Assembly: GCA_013151795.1 (NCBI GenBank)
Contig: JAADHQ010000040.1
Span: 1 to 46,503 of the forward strand
Length of the DNA: 46,503 nt
Direction of reading: 5' to 3'
DNA from: Gammaproteobacteria bacterium
Lineage (GTDB): Bacteria; Pseudomonadota; Gammaproteobacteria; JAADHQ01
The position numbers and the translations under genes were made by a program. The notes beneath the pieces are model-generated. The model ran no database searches. It had not been told where the DNA came from and saw only the letters and a list, made by a program, of their open reading frames with translations. Positions 7,912 to 17,359 of this stretch are shown here, in pieces (the stretch's first letter is position 1; every line of letters begins with the position of its first letter).

Positions 7912-9374
7912 CGAATATTAATAAAACTAAAATAAGCGATAAATTATGGATGACATTGCAAAAGACTATTGCTGAGGCTAAAAGTACAGAAAAAATGGTT
8001 TATAGTGATTTAATACGCACTGGTGATGATGAAACAACCTTTTTTATTGTTAAATACCTTAACGACAACAAACTCGCTGTTGCTGCTCTTTCAACAAACT
8101 ATATAAAGGAAGCCCAGAAACAAATTTCTTTTGGCCGTCGTGGCCATGTTGCAATTGTTGATCGTACGGGCCGTGCAATTGCACACCCTGTAGCCGGGTG
8201 GGTTAAAAACATGAAGGACATGAGTTTTTTACCCCCTGTCCAGAAAATGAAACAAGGAAAAACTGGAGTTTCCCGGTTTTATACACCAGCAATGAACGGT
8301 GATGTAATCGCAGGATATACGGTTGTTAGCGGAACAGGCTGGGGTGTCATGGTTCCGCAACCATTTGAAGAGCTGGAGGAACATGCCAGAAGTTATCAAA
8401 ATACGGCGCTGGTCATTATCATTATAGGGATTACTGTTGCGGGTCTGATCAGCTGGTTTTTTTCTGTGTTATTGGTTGGCCCCATCCATTCGGTAGTAGA
8501 AGCAATTAAATTTGATGAAGATGGTGAAAATAAATTTATAAAGCCAGCAGAAATAACCACGTCGTATAATTTTATTTCTAAAGAAGCTCATGAGTTAATT
8601 AATTCATTTAATAATATGGGAAGCAGGTTAAATGCCACTACAGAAAAATTGTATTCTAAAATTGATTTTGCAAATAAAGAGGTTAATGCGCAGAATATAA
8701 AATTAAAAAATCAGGCCAGTGATCTAAAAGCTATAAATGAAGAGCTGGAGCGATTATCTACAACCGATAACTTAACAGGCTTGTTTAATCGGCGATTATT
8801 TGATGAAACACTGGATGCCGAATTTTCTTTTTCAGTACGTCATAAGGAATTTTTAAGTCTGGTTATGCTGGATATTGATGAATTTAAATCAGTTAATGAT
8901 AAATACGGGCATGCGTACGGTGACAAGGTTTTGATAGATATAGCTGATATTCTGAAGGAAAACATAAGAACGTCAGATGTTGCTTTCAGAATCGGGGGCG
9001 AAGAATTCACTATTTTATGCCGTAAGACGGATTCTGAAATGAGTAAAAGAATGGTTGAAAACCTGCGAAAATCTCTCGAGCAACATGAGTTTCGTTTTGC
9101 AGATGAAGTTATAACAGTGACGGGCAGTTTTGGAATTATCACTGTACCAGGCGAGGGTTTTATAGTTGATAACGCAGAGTCTTTTTTTCGTGGCGCAGAT
9201 AAAGCAATGTATTTTAGTAAACATCATGGTAAGAATCGAGTAACTCATTATTCTGATATTACGGGTTAATTATTTATTCAAGAAATAATAGTTGCATCTG
9301 TGCCTGCGTTAGAGCCTTTCTGGTATATTTTAAAGTTTGATTTGATGGAATTGTATAAATAAATTAAATATCAT

Positions 9375-9980
9375 TTACTTGTACTCAACCCAGTAGATAG
9401 CGACACCCAGCGCGATCAATACGACCTCAACGACACTTATCCATAGCAACATATAGGTGATGCGTCGACCCATGGGTTTCATGGGCTGCCATATGCGTCG
9501 CATATACCAGCGCCAGGGGGCAAACCCTGACCAGCGTTTCCAGGTCATCAGGTATTTTTGCAGGTATTTTGCCCACACGACCAGACTTTTGTCGACTTCA
9601 TCCAGATGTAGTTGGCGTTCTTTTTCTGATAGGCCATCATAATAATCTGTTATGGTTAATTTTGAACCTTCGGTAATGGATTCAATTTTTAATACTGTAC
9701 TGCTTTTAATGCCATTGGAATATTCTATCTTGTAACCATCATTTAGTTCGTTGATATCGAGATCAATTTCAAATTCAAACGGGGTTTCCTGGCTGATATT
9801 TTTGCCAACAAAACGATATTGATTCTCTCCCATTATTTCCCAGTTTTTGAATTCAAGCAGCGGATTGATTCTGAACAGGCGCTCTATATCGCGACAAAAT
9901 GTCATTAGCTCATTGACGGCCAGAGGTGTTTTTATTGAAGCCCATGCCACATCATCTGTGGGTGTTACCATTTTATTCAT
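9375..9980 (-). CDS. Hypothetical protein with a soluble SRPBCC-like N-domain and a C-terminal TM anchor
   Basis: The tracked ORF starts at a TTG at 9995. The ATG at 9980 overlaps the usp stop (ATGAATAA). The C-terminal hydrophobic segment is ITYMLLWISVVEVVLIALGVAIYW. The fold assignment is tentative. Confidence 0.4.
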   Translation of the reverse strand: MNKMVTPTDDVAWASIKTPLAVNELMTFCRDIERLFRINPLLEFKNWEIMGENQYRFVGKNISQETPFEFEIDLDINELNDGYKIEYSNGIKSSTVLKIESITEGSKLTITDYYDGLSEKERQLHLDEVDKSLVVWAKYLQKYLMTWKRWSGFAPWRWYMRRIWQPMKPMGRRITYMLLWISVVEVVLIALGVAIYWVEYK

Positions 9981-10440
9981 TCGGGTAGGGAACAATGAGC
10001 AGGGGGATTGATAGTGATCGTGCCAGTGGTTCGGTTGGCATTCGTGAACGAATTCCTGATTTCCCCTTGGGACGTGGAGAACCCATTATGACCATGTCAT
10101 AATTGCTGTTGTTGCAGCTTGAGAGCAAACATGCTTCCGGCTCGCCTACCACAATTTCCCGAGTGTAATGTAATGAATGTTGCTCAGCATCTTCACTTAT
10201 TTCCTTGCAGTGTTCATCTATTTCTCGACCCAGTTGACCTTCGAGGTATCGCCGGAAGGTGTTTCGTGTCGAGCCGTTATTTAGCCAGTCGTCACCTGTC
10301 ATGCCTTTCCATAACGTAGGGACAACGACCAGATGGTGTAATTTTGCACCTTTATTACACATTCTAACCGCCATGTGTGCAGCGGCTATTGAGCCTTCGG
10401 TGCCATGGCTGGCCAGTAAAACATTTTCTACAGACGTCAT
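9973..10440 (-). CDS. Universal stress protein (UspA) family
   Basis: Its size is 155 aa. The pattern VLLASHGTEGS ... DMVIMGS ... IPLLIV is typical of the Usp alpha/beta fold. Confidence 0.65.
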   Translation of the reverse strand: MTSVENVLLASHGTEGSIAAAHMAVRMCNKGAKLHHLVVVPTLWKGMTGDDWLNNGSTRNTFRRYLEGQLGREIDEHCKEISEDAEQHSLHYTREIVVGEPEACLLSSCNNSNYDMVIMGSPRPKGKSGIRSRMPTEPLARSLSIPLLIVPYPNE

Positions 10441-10455
10441 TTTATCACCTGGTAA

Positions 10456-10481
10456 CCGGCGCCCAAACAGTAGGGCGCCGG
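10456..10481. other. GC-rich hairpin (9-bp stem CCGGCGCCC/GGGCGCCGG, 8-nt loop) between the small ORF and usp
   Basis: The stem was read directly. There is no U-tract on either strand, so its function is unknown (RNA stability element, processing site or terminator). Confidence 0.4.
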
Positions 10482-10498
10482 ATTAAAGTTAACAAATA

Positions 10499-10630
10499 TC
10501 AATAAGAAAAATAAACAGCAGTGGCAATTATTAAAGCAAATACCAGTGCCATAACATCTTCTTTCCGATCGCTGCCAAAAATTGACAGTGATGATCCGCG
10601 GTCAAACTTTACCTCTTCTTCTTCACTCAT
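10499..10630 (-). CDS. 43-aa single-TM peptide (acidic N-terminus, hydrophobic C-terminus)
   Basis: It is not in the ORF track because it is under 60 aa. The sequence is MSEEEEVKFDRGSSLSIFGSDRKEDVMALVFALIIATAVYFSY. A GAGGA sequence lies 6 nt upstream of the ATG, and the ORF begins 14 nt after the upstream transporter gene. Confidence 0.35.
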   Translation of the reverse strand: MSEEEEVKFDRGSSLSIFGSDRKEDVMALVFALIIATAVYFSY

Positions 10631-10644
10631 GATTTTTCCTCATG

Positions 10645-12228
10645 TTAAATGGTTTCACTAATTAGAAGCATGACGACCAGCAAGGACAAGCTTGCTTTGG
10701 TAAAGCCAACGACACCTCCGATAATGGCAGGTTGTCCCCCTGCCTGTTTCATGGAACCAAGGGTTATTTGCATGCCCAGCCCGACCAGACCAAACGCAAA
10801 GAGCCAGGTTATCCACTGACGGAAAGCCTTTACTTTTTTGGCTGTGTGACGAACTGATTTATGAGCCTTCTTCAGAACCTTGTTGACCTTCTTTGACATC
10901 ACTTTAGCATTGATCAGACCACGAATGGCATCATCGTCGCTGACGGACATTATTTTCCCATTGTCTATCAAGCGTTGCAGCGCTGCCTTGCGATCATCAC
11001 GTTGTACCTTGGGAGCTTCAGCCAGCAACAGTGCTTTGGTTTCGGCTTTTAACAAGTTGCTTTCCTTATAGCCCTTGTCAGCAGTATTACCAAAATACTT
11101 ACCTTTGTAGTGCTGTGGTGGTGCAAAAATACCTGTAGTAGAAAGGGCAAACAAAAGAATGAAACCCAATACAAAGACCGGGAATTTTTCAAATATTACC
11201 CGACCGACATTGACTTTTTCGGTTACGCTTTCTTCACGTTCTACGTACCAGACAGCCAGCCACAAAACAATAATGGGCAACACCAGTACACGCGTGATAT
11301 TAAAGATTTCTGCTACCTTCAGGGTTTCAATACCATCAGGTTGGTAAGCAAGGGCTGCACCTGCTACTTGTGCAGAGTTGAGGATGCCGGTACCCGCCCA
11401 TGCGCCAAACTGAACGTAACTCATATCCAGCAGATTGCCAATGATGGGGAATATGAACATGCAACCCACACCCCACAACAGGATAGTACCGATGGTATAG
11501 GCGATTTCAACCGATTTGGCCTGGACAACCGGTGCAGCTGCTACGGTTGCCGATACACCACAGACACCCAGTCCGGCTGAAAGAACACCGGCCATGGAAT
11601 TAGGGATTTTTCGACGTGCTCCCATCCACAACACCATGCCAACTGAACCCAGTACAAAGAAACCTATCATGATGATGGAAAGACCACCCAGATTGACCAG
11701 TTCTGCCGCACTGTATAACGTACCCAGTAGAATAACCCCTGACTTGAGCCCCAGTCGCGACAAACGTACGCCATTTTCAGCCCATAAAGGAACCTTGAAG
11801 ACATTCACAATGATAATGCCGATGACTATGCCCAGAACAATGTAGTTAAGCCCTAACAGCTTGTGAAGGTATTTACCTGTATCACCTATCTTGCCCATGT
11901 TCATACTCACAACGGCCACTTCAGGTGCAACAAACCAGCGAACCAGCATGGCAATCAGCAGGATAAACATTCCTCCTGCAATGGTAGATGAGTAGTAGTC
12001 CCAGCTGCCTGGTTGATGCTTCCCTAGCATTTGCCATAAGCCTATTACGGCAGCAACTATTCCAAAATATAAAGGAATGGTTGTTAGTTCAGACAGGTAT
12101 TTATATTTTTTTCCGTAGGCAAGATGTTCGATGTAGGGTGACATTAAACCACTATCAGCGAGATACCAGATAGCCAGCATAATGACACCAATAATAAACA
12201 GAGCGGAGCTCTTTTGGGTATATACCAT
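10645..12228 (-). CDS. YeiH/UPF0324-family membrane protein (putative sulfate exporter family) with a Lys-rich insertion of about 95 aa
   Basis: It is polytopic. The segment GLGVCGVSATVAAAPVV resembles the G.SICGAAAV.A..PV core of YeiH. The last two TM segments are separated from the rest by a soluble Lys-rich segment (about residues 375-470) that is absent from the 349-aa E. coli YeiH. Confidence 0.55.
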   Translation of the reverse strand: MVYTQKSSALFIIGVIMLAIWYLADSGLMSPYIEHLAYGKKYKYLSELTTIPLYFGIVAAVIGLWQMLGKHQPGSWDYYSSTIAGGMFILLIAMLVRWFVAPEVAVVSMNMGKIGDTGKYLHKLLGLNYIVLGIVIGIIIVNVFKVPLWAENGVRLSRLGLKSGVILLGTLYSAAELVNLGGLSIIMIGFFVLGSVGMVLWMGARRKIPNSMAGVLSAGLGVCGVSATVAAAPVVQAKSVEIAYTIGTILLWGVGCMFIFPIIGNLLDMSYVQFGAWAGTGILNSAQVAGAALAYQPDGIETLKVAEIFNITRVLVLPIIVLWLAVWYVEREESVTEKVNVGRVIFEKFPVFVLGFILLFALSTTGIFAPPQHYKGKYFGNTADKGYKESNLLKAETKALLLAEAPKVQRDDRKAALQRLIDNGKIMSVSDDDAIRGLINAKVMSKKVNKVLKKAHKSVRHTAKKVKAFRQWITWLFAFGLVGLGMQITLGSMKQAGGQPAIIGGVVGFTKASLSLLVVMLLISETI

Positions 12229-12490
12229 AATTATGTCCTCCTCAGGGCGGCGGTATAAATTATTATTTCGTCTTTTGTGCTAGTGCTTTTTTGTTATATT
12301 GAATCGTTATATGGACAGAAAAAATACTAATGAGCCTATATTCACTCATATCGTAGGGTTATTTACAACTTACATATGACAATATTATTATTTAATTAAT
12401 AGTTACTGGTTAAGTAATTTATATTAAAAACAATGACTTTGGGGTGATTTTAAGCTAGTGAGGGGTAAGAAATAATTTACAAATCAGGTT

Positions 12491-13081
12491 TTAGATAACC
12501 CGGAAATCTTCATTTTTGAGCATCGCTACTAATCGAATCAAGGGTAAACCAATCAATGTGTTGGGGTCATCTCCCTGTAAACTTTCAAACAGGGTTATGC
12601 CCAGGCCTTCAGATTTAAAACTGCCTGCGCAGTTGTAAGGTGTTTCTTTTAATAAGTAGTTTTCTATTTCGTTTGCTTGCAGGTTTCTGAATACAACATC
12701 AAAAGGAACGGCTTCACATTGAAGGGTGTCATTCTGGCTGTTGTATAAACAAAGGCCGGTAAAAAAATGCACTGTCTGGCCTGATGATTCGGTAAGCTGC
12801 TGCACGGCTTTTTCATGTGTTCCGGGTTTGCCAATTATTGTACCATTGATGACAGCAACCTGATCAGAACCGATGATTAAATGTTGCGTGAATTTTTTTG
12901 CTACTTCTCTGGCTTTTAGCTCTGCGAGCCGACAGACAAGTTGCTGAGGTGTTTCACCTGGCAGCGCCGATTCATCAATATCGGGCGCGGCCGTTTCAAA
13001 TGGTATCGCAAGTTTTTGCAGTATCTCTTTACGGAAAGGGGAGGTAGACCCCAGCACAAGGGGCAGGTTTGTCTCAGGCAT
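12491..13081 (-). CDS. maf: Maf-like nucleoside triphosphate pyrophosphatase (YceF type)
   Basis: The sequences LVLGSTSPFRKEIL and IGSDQV and the 196-aa length fit Maf. It sits next to yceD as in enterobacteria. Confidence 0.85.
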   Translation of the reverse strand: MPETNLPLVLGSTSPFRKEILQKLAIPFETAAPDIDESALPGETPQQLVCRLAELKAREVAKKFTQHLIIGSDQVAVINGTIIGKPGTHEKAVQQLTESSGQTVHFFTGLCLYNSQNDTLQCEAVPFDVVFRNLQANEIENYLLKETPYNCAGSFKSEGLGITLFESLQGDDPNTLIGLPLIRLVAMLKNEDFRVI

Positions 13082-13089
13082 TTCTTGTT

Positions 13090-14898
13090 TTATTCCAGTT
13101 CAATGAGTATTTCATCGGGGTTGACGCTATCACCTTTGCCAACATTGATGCTAACGACTTTGCCAGAGATGGGGGCCTTGATTTCGGTTTCCATTTTCAT
13201 GGCCTCGGTTACCAGTATGGAGTCACCGGCTTTGACGTCATCACCTTCAGCAACCAGTATATCGACGATGGTTCCGGGCATGGATGTTGTCACGTGCCCG
13301 GGTTGGGTTGCTCGTGGGCGCTTGCTGCTTTTTGAATTCATGGGTTCGCCTGAAAGGTCAATCGCATCCAGTGTTTCAACCAGAATTTCTTCGGGCATGC
13401 CATCAACGCTGACATAAAAAGGTCGGGTTTCGAGGTTTTTATGTCCGGTGCCGGTTACTTTTATATGGTATGACTCACCATGGAGGGTGACGTTAAAGTC
13501 AACCGGTGCGGGGTTGCCTGCATTGTCAGTTGCCAGAGGCGGTTCCAGTGGTTCTGGTACCAGGTTATTGTCTTCACGTTGTTGCAGAAAGTCACGGCCG
13601 ATTTCAGGGAACATGGCATATATTTGTACGTCTTCTTCTGATTTTGCCAGTTCGCCGATTTCACTGGTAAGTTTACCCATTTCATCATCAAGCAAGTCAG
13701 CCGGGCGACAATCAATAATGTCTTCATTACCTATCGCCTTGCGCCGTACCGTGTTGTTAATCTGTCCCGGTGCTTTACCGTATCGGCCTTGCAGGTAAAA
13801 TTTTACTTCGTTGGTAATGGTTTTATAGCGTTCGCCTGTTACAACATTAAAGACTGCCTGTGTTCCTACTATTTGAGAGGTGGGTGTGACTAATGGAGGG
13901 TAGCCCAGATCTTTTCTGACCTTGGGTATCTCTTTCATTACGTCGTTCATATGTTCCAGCGCACCTTGCTCACGCAACTGGGAGTATAGATTGGAGATCA
14001 TACCACCAGGAACCTGGTTGACCTGTACACGCGTATCAAGACCGGTAAATTCACTTTCAAACTGGTGATATTTTTTGCGTACTTCATGAAAATACAGTCC
14101 AATTTCCTGGATGAGTTCCAGGTCCAGCCCGGTGTCGAATTCTGTGCCTCGCAAGGCTGCTACCATTGTTTCAGTAGGTGGATGGCTGGCACCGTTTGAA
14201 AAAGCAGAAATAGCGGTATCGATATGATAACAACCATTCTCGATCGCTTTTAACTGGCACATGTCGGCCATGCCAGATGTGGCGTGTGAGTGAATGTGGA
14301 TTGGTATCTCGATAGTTTTATTGAGTCCGGTTACCAGTTCGGTGGTTGCATGGGGGGTGAGTAATCCGGCCATGTCTTTTATGGCGATGCTGTCACAACC
14401 GAGTTCCTGAAATTGTTTTGCCATTTCGATAAAGGTTTCAGTTGTGTGTACAGGGCTGGTGGTATAACTGATTGCGCCTTGTGCGTGCTTGCCTTCCTTG
14501 TGTGTAGCTTCAATGGATACCCTGAGGTTTCGTATATCATTCATGGCATCGAATATGCGAAATACATCGACACCATTTTTTGCGGCGAGTTTTACAAAAT
14601 TACGAACCACGTCATCAGAATAATGACGGTAACCGAGTAAATTTTGCCCGCGTAACAGCATTTGTATGCGCGTATTAGGGATAGCCTTGCGTAACTGACG
14701 CAGGCGTTCCCATGGGTCTTCCTTGAGGAAGCGAACACAGGCATCATAAGTAGCGCCGCCCCAGGCCTCGAGTGACCAGAAGCCGACAGAATCCAGTTTT
14801 TTACAAATAGGCAGCATGTCTTCTGTTCGCATACGTGTTGCGATCAGGCATTGATGGGCATCTCTTAAGATCAGATCTGTTATTTCAACCTTGGCCAT
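13090..14898 (-). CDS. pycB: Pyruvate carboxylase subunit B (carboxyltransferase plus biotinyl carrier domain; oxaloacetate decarboxylase alpha-like)
   Basis: It has an N-terminal HMGL-like TIM-barrel (LRDAHQ) and a C-terminal biotinyl motif EAMKMETEI. It lies directly downstream of a biotin carboxylase gene, and no oadB or oadG is nearby. Confidence 0.8.
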   Translation of the reverse strand: MAKVEITDLILRDAHQCLIATRMRTEDMLPICKKLDSVGFWSLEAWGGATYDACVRFLKEDPWERLRQLRKAIPNTRIQMLLRGQNLLGYRHYSDDVVRNFVKLAAKNGVDVFRIFDAMNDIRNLRVSIEATHKEGKHAQGAISYTTSPVHTTETFIEMAKQFQELGCDSIAIKDMAGLLTPHATTELVTGLNKTIEIPIHIHSHATSGMADMCQLKAIENGCYHIDTAISAFSNGASHPPTETMVAALRGTEFDTGLDLELIQEIGLYFHEVRKKYHQFESEFTGLDTRVQVNQVPGGMISNLYSQLREQGALEHMNDVMKEIPKVRKDLGYPPLVTPTSQIVGTQAVFNVVTGERYKTITNEVKFYLQGRYGKAPGQINNTVRRKAIGNEDIIDCRPADLLDDEMGKLTSEIGELAKSEEDVQIYAMFPEIGRDFLQQREDNNLVPEPLEPPLATDNAGNPAPVDFNVTLHGESYHIKVTGTGHKNLETRPFYVSVDGMPEEILVETLDAIDLSGEPMNSKSSKRPRATQPGHVTTSMPGTIVDILVAEGDDVKAGDSILVTEAMKMETEIKAPISGKVVSINVGKGDSVNPDEILIELE

Positions 14899-14925
14899 TG
14901 ATGATATTCCTTGTGTTTAACCGGA

Positions 14926-16344
14926 TTATAAACCCATGTGAGCCGCAAGCGCGGCAGCAATAACTGCTGCACGACGGCTGGGTGGGTTTCGTGTTGAGTA
15001 GTTGACCAGTTCAGGGTGATCTTCAACAAAACTGGTGTCGAATTGAGCAGCTCTGAACTGAGGGTTTTTTAAAATTTCCAGTTGATAGGGGATGGTTGTT
15101 TTTACGCCATAGACAACAATATCATTGAGTGCACGTTGGCTTCGGCATAACAGTTCATCCCATTCTGCGGCCCAGACTATCAGTTTGGCGCACATGGAAT
15201 CATAAAATGGTGGAATATAATAACCTGTATAAATAGCACCATCGGTTCTGACACCCGGGCCGCCTGCGGCAAAGTAGCGGGTGATCCGACCAAAACTGGG
15301 CAAGAAGTCATTTTTGGGGTCTTCTGCATTAATGCGGAATTCCATGGCATAACCGTGATGGGTGATTTCTTCCTGTTGGTAACTGAGTGGCATGCCTGCG
15401 GCAATTCGTATTTGTTCCTTAACGATGTCAATGCCGGTAATTTGTTCAGTAATGGTATGTTCCACCTGCAGGCGCGTGTTCATTTCCATAAAATAGAACT
15501 TGTCATCTCCATCCAGAAGGAACTCAACAGTGCCCGCATTGGTATAACCCGTGTATTTGGCAGCTTTTACTGCCAGGTCACCGATATACTCCCTTTGCTC
15601 CGGGCTTAATTGGGGGGATGGGGCTATTTCGATCAGTTTTTGATGGCGACGCTGGATGGAACAGTCACGTTCAAACAGGTGAATAGCATTGCCATGTGAA
15701 TCTGCCAGCACCTGAACTTCTATGTGCTTGGGATCAACGACGCATTTTTCCATGAAAATATCGGCAGATCCGAAGGCTTTTGTAGCTTCTGATAACACAC
15801 GATCGTAGTTTTTTGTTAATTCAGCCGGAGTATTACAACGTCGAATACCTCGTCCGCCCCCACCTGATGTGGCTTTTAGCATGATCGGGTAGCCAAATTC
15901 TTCAGCCAGAAGTAATGCTTCGTCTACATCTTTAAGGTTGGCTTCACTGCCCGGAATGACAGGTACTCCTGCCTCAATCATGGATTTTCGGGCTTCAATC
16001 TTGTCACCCATGTGCTTGATAACAGTCGATTTGGGGCCTATGAATTTGATATTACGTTGCTCACATATTCTGGCCAGTTCCGGATTTTCTGATAAAAAGC
16101 CGTAACCCGGGTGCAGGGCATCACAACCAGCTGCTATAGCAACATTGACTATCCGGTGGGCGTTCAGGTAGCCAGACAGCGAATCCGGGCCCAGATTATA
16201 GGCTTCATCGGCTTTTTTAACGTGGAGGGAGTGCCTGTCCGGCTCTGTGTATATGGCTGCAGAGGTAATGCCCAGCTCGGCACATGCACGTACAATACGT
16301 ACGGCTATTTCCCCTCTGTTGGCTATGAGTATTTTTTTTATCAA
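14926..16344 (-). CDS. pycA: Pyruvate carboxylase subunit A (biotin carboxylase)
   Basis: It carries ILIANRGEIAVRI, the ATP-grasp sequence GGGGRG, and EMNTRLQVEH. Confidence 0.85.
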   Translation of the reverse strand: MIKKILIANRGEIAVRIVRACAELGITSAAIYTEPDRHSLHVKKADEAYNLGPDSLSGYLNAHRIVNVAIAAGCDALHPGYGFLSENPELARICEQRNIKFIGPKSTVIKHMGDKIEARKSMIEAGVPVIPGSEANLKDVDEALLLAEEFGYPIMLKATSGGGGRGIRRCNTPAELTKNYDRVLSEATKAFGSADIFMEKCVVDPKHIEVQVLADSHGNAIHLFERDCSIQRRHQKLIEIAPSPQLSPEQREYIGDLAVKAAKYTGYTNAGTVEFLLDGDDKFYFMEMNTRLQVEHTITEQITGIDIVKEQIRIAAGMPLSYQQEEITHHGYAMEFRINAEDPKNDFLPSFGRITRYFAAGGPGVRTDGAIYTGYYIPPFYDSMCAKLIVWAAEWDELLCRSQRALNDIVVYGVKTTIPYQLEILKNPQFRAAQFDTSFVEDHPELVNYSTRNPPSRRAAVIAAALAAHMGL

Positions 16345-16521
16345 AACGGTTATCTATTCCCTGTTTTATATGTACGTTGATGTTTAAAAAATTCTATATA
16401 AAATATCTACGCAATAGCGACCCGGTTGTCAAGAAATACGTCAGGATATTATTGAAAAAACACATTATTTTCGACTATTTACTTTGACAGCAGATTAATC
16501 AGCGGCTAATATACACGCCTG

Positions 16522-17049
16522 ATGTCAAAGGGTATTCCCGAGTTTATAGATTTAATGCGTCTCGCCAACCTGGGTGGTCATTTTCAAGGTGCCATTAAGA
16601 TAGCCGGTATGCCGAGGCTATCCGAATTATTGGCTGAGAATAAAGGTCAGATAGAAATTGATGTTCAGTTCGGTATTAATGAACAGAACAGACCTTATTA
16701 TAAAGGCAGTGCGCATGGGCAAGTTTTGTTACCTTGCCAGCGTTGTCTTGAGGTCATACCTGAAGACATAGATGTTTCGTTTGAGCTGTTGCTAGCGGGT
16801 TCGGAATACAAATATAAACAATTGGCTGAAGAAAATGATGTATTTCTGATAGACAGAGTTCCTGCATCATTTTTTGAAATTATTGAAGATGAATTGTTAC
16901 TGGGTTTTCCAGAAGTTTATAAACATGATGAAAGTGAGTGTAGTGCAACTGAATTCATGAAAGACAAGCTGGAAGTTCAGATGAACGAGAAAGAGACGAA
17001 AAAGGCTAATCCTTTTGATGTGCTTAAAGATTTTAAGCTAGATAGTTAA
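16522..17049 (+). CDS. yceD: DUF177 protein YceD (23S rRNA accumulation protein)
   Basis: It has a CQRC pair and a 175-aa acidic sequence, and sits immediately upstream of rpmF-plsX. Confidence 0.8.
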   Translation: MSKGIPEFIDLMRLANLGGHFQGAIKIAGMPRLSELLAENKGQIEIDVQFGINEQNRPYYKGSAHGQVLLPCQRCLEVIPEDIDVSFELLLAGSEYKYKQLAEENDVFLIDRVPASFFEIIEDELLLGFPEVYKHDESECSATEFMKDKLEVQMNEKETKKANPFDVLKDFKLDS

Positions 17050-17071
17050 ATTTTTACCAGGAGTAAATGAA

Positions 17072-17248
17072 ATGGCAGTACAAAAGAGCCGCAGAACACC
17101 ATCCACACGTGGAATGAGACGTTCGCATGATTCATTAAAGGCATCTACATTATCAGTTGACCAGGAAACAGGTGAAAAGCATTTGCGTCACCAGGTTAGT
17201 CCTGATGGTTTTTATCGCGGACGTCAAATCGTTCCGGGCAAGAACTAG
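17072..17248 (+). CDS. rpmF: 50S ribosomal protein L32
   Basis: It is not in the ORF track because it is 58 aa. The sequence begins [25 protein letters not shown] sequence lies upstream. Confidence 0.9.
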   Translation: MAVQKSRRTPSTRGMRRSHDSLKASTLSVDQETGEKHLRHQVSPDGFYRGRQIVPGKN

Positions 17249-17359
17249 AAAATCAGTCAGGCCATTACACTGGTCTGGCATATAACATAAAGACTGCAGC
17301 TGCGTCCCCTAGTTGGTACCACTGCAGTTTTTGTCGTTTAATATGATGCTGACATCAAA

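Larger units (their letters stand above)
7562..9269 (+). pseudogene. Membrane-bound Cache-type sensor diguanylate cyclase (GGDEF), split into three frames by two 8-bp tandem duplications
   Basis: The GGDEF domain carries RIGGEEF and an RTSD I-site 5 residues upstream. A second TM segment and a periplasmic Cache-like region are present. Deleting one copy of each 8-bp duplication joins ATG 7562, ORF 7630-7935 and ORF 7950-9269 into one 563-codon frame starting MLKHIKLQHLLFVAFTIIASLPVFILGYW. Confidence 0.8.

Noticed and set aside
10456-10481. GC-rich hairpin containing GTAG, considered as a REP element linked to the RAYT stub
   Set aside because: There is only one copy in the window. The other strong hairpin (28283-28303) has an unrelated sequence. 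The GTAG lies in the loop/stem junction rather than 5-prime of the palindrome. The evidence is insufficient for a REP family.
13090-14898. Calling this gene the oxaloacetate decarboxylase Na+ pump alpha subunit (oadA)
   Set aside because: No oadB or oadG membrane subunit genes are adjacent, and a biotin carboxylase gene lies directly upstream. A two-subunit pyruvate carboxylase is the better fit.
17293-17332. Possible terminator after rpmF (ACTGCAG ... CTGCAGT followed by TTTTT)
   Set aside because: The stem is only 7 bp with a 22-nt loop, and it relies on the self-complementary PstI-like hexamer. rpmF and plsX are normally co-transcribed. The evidence is too weak to call a terminator.
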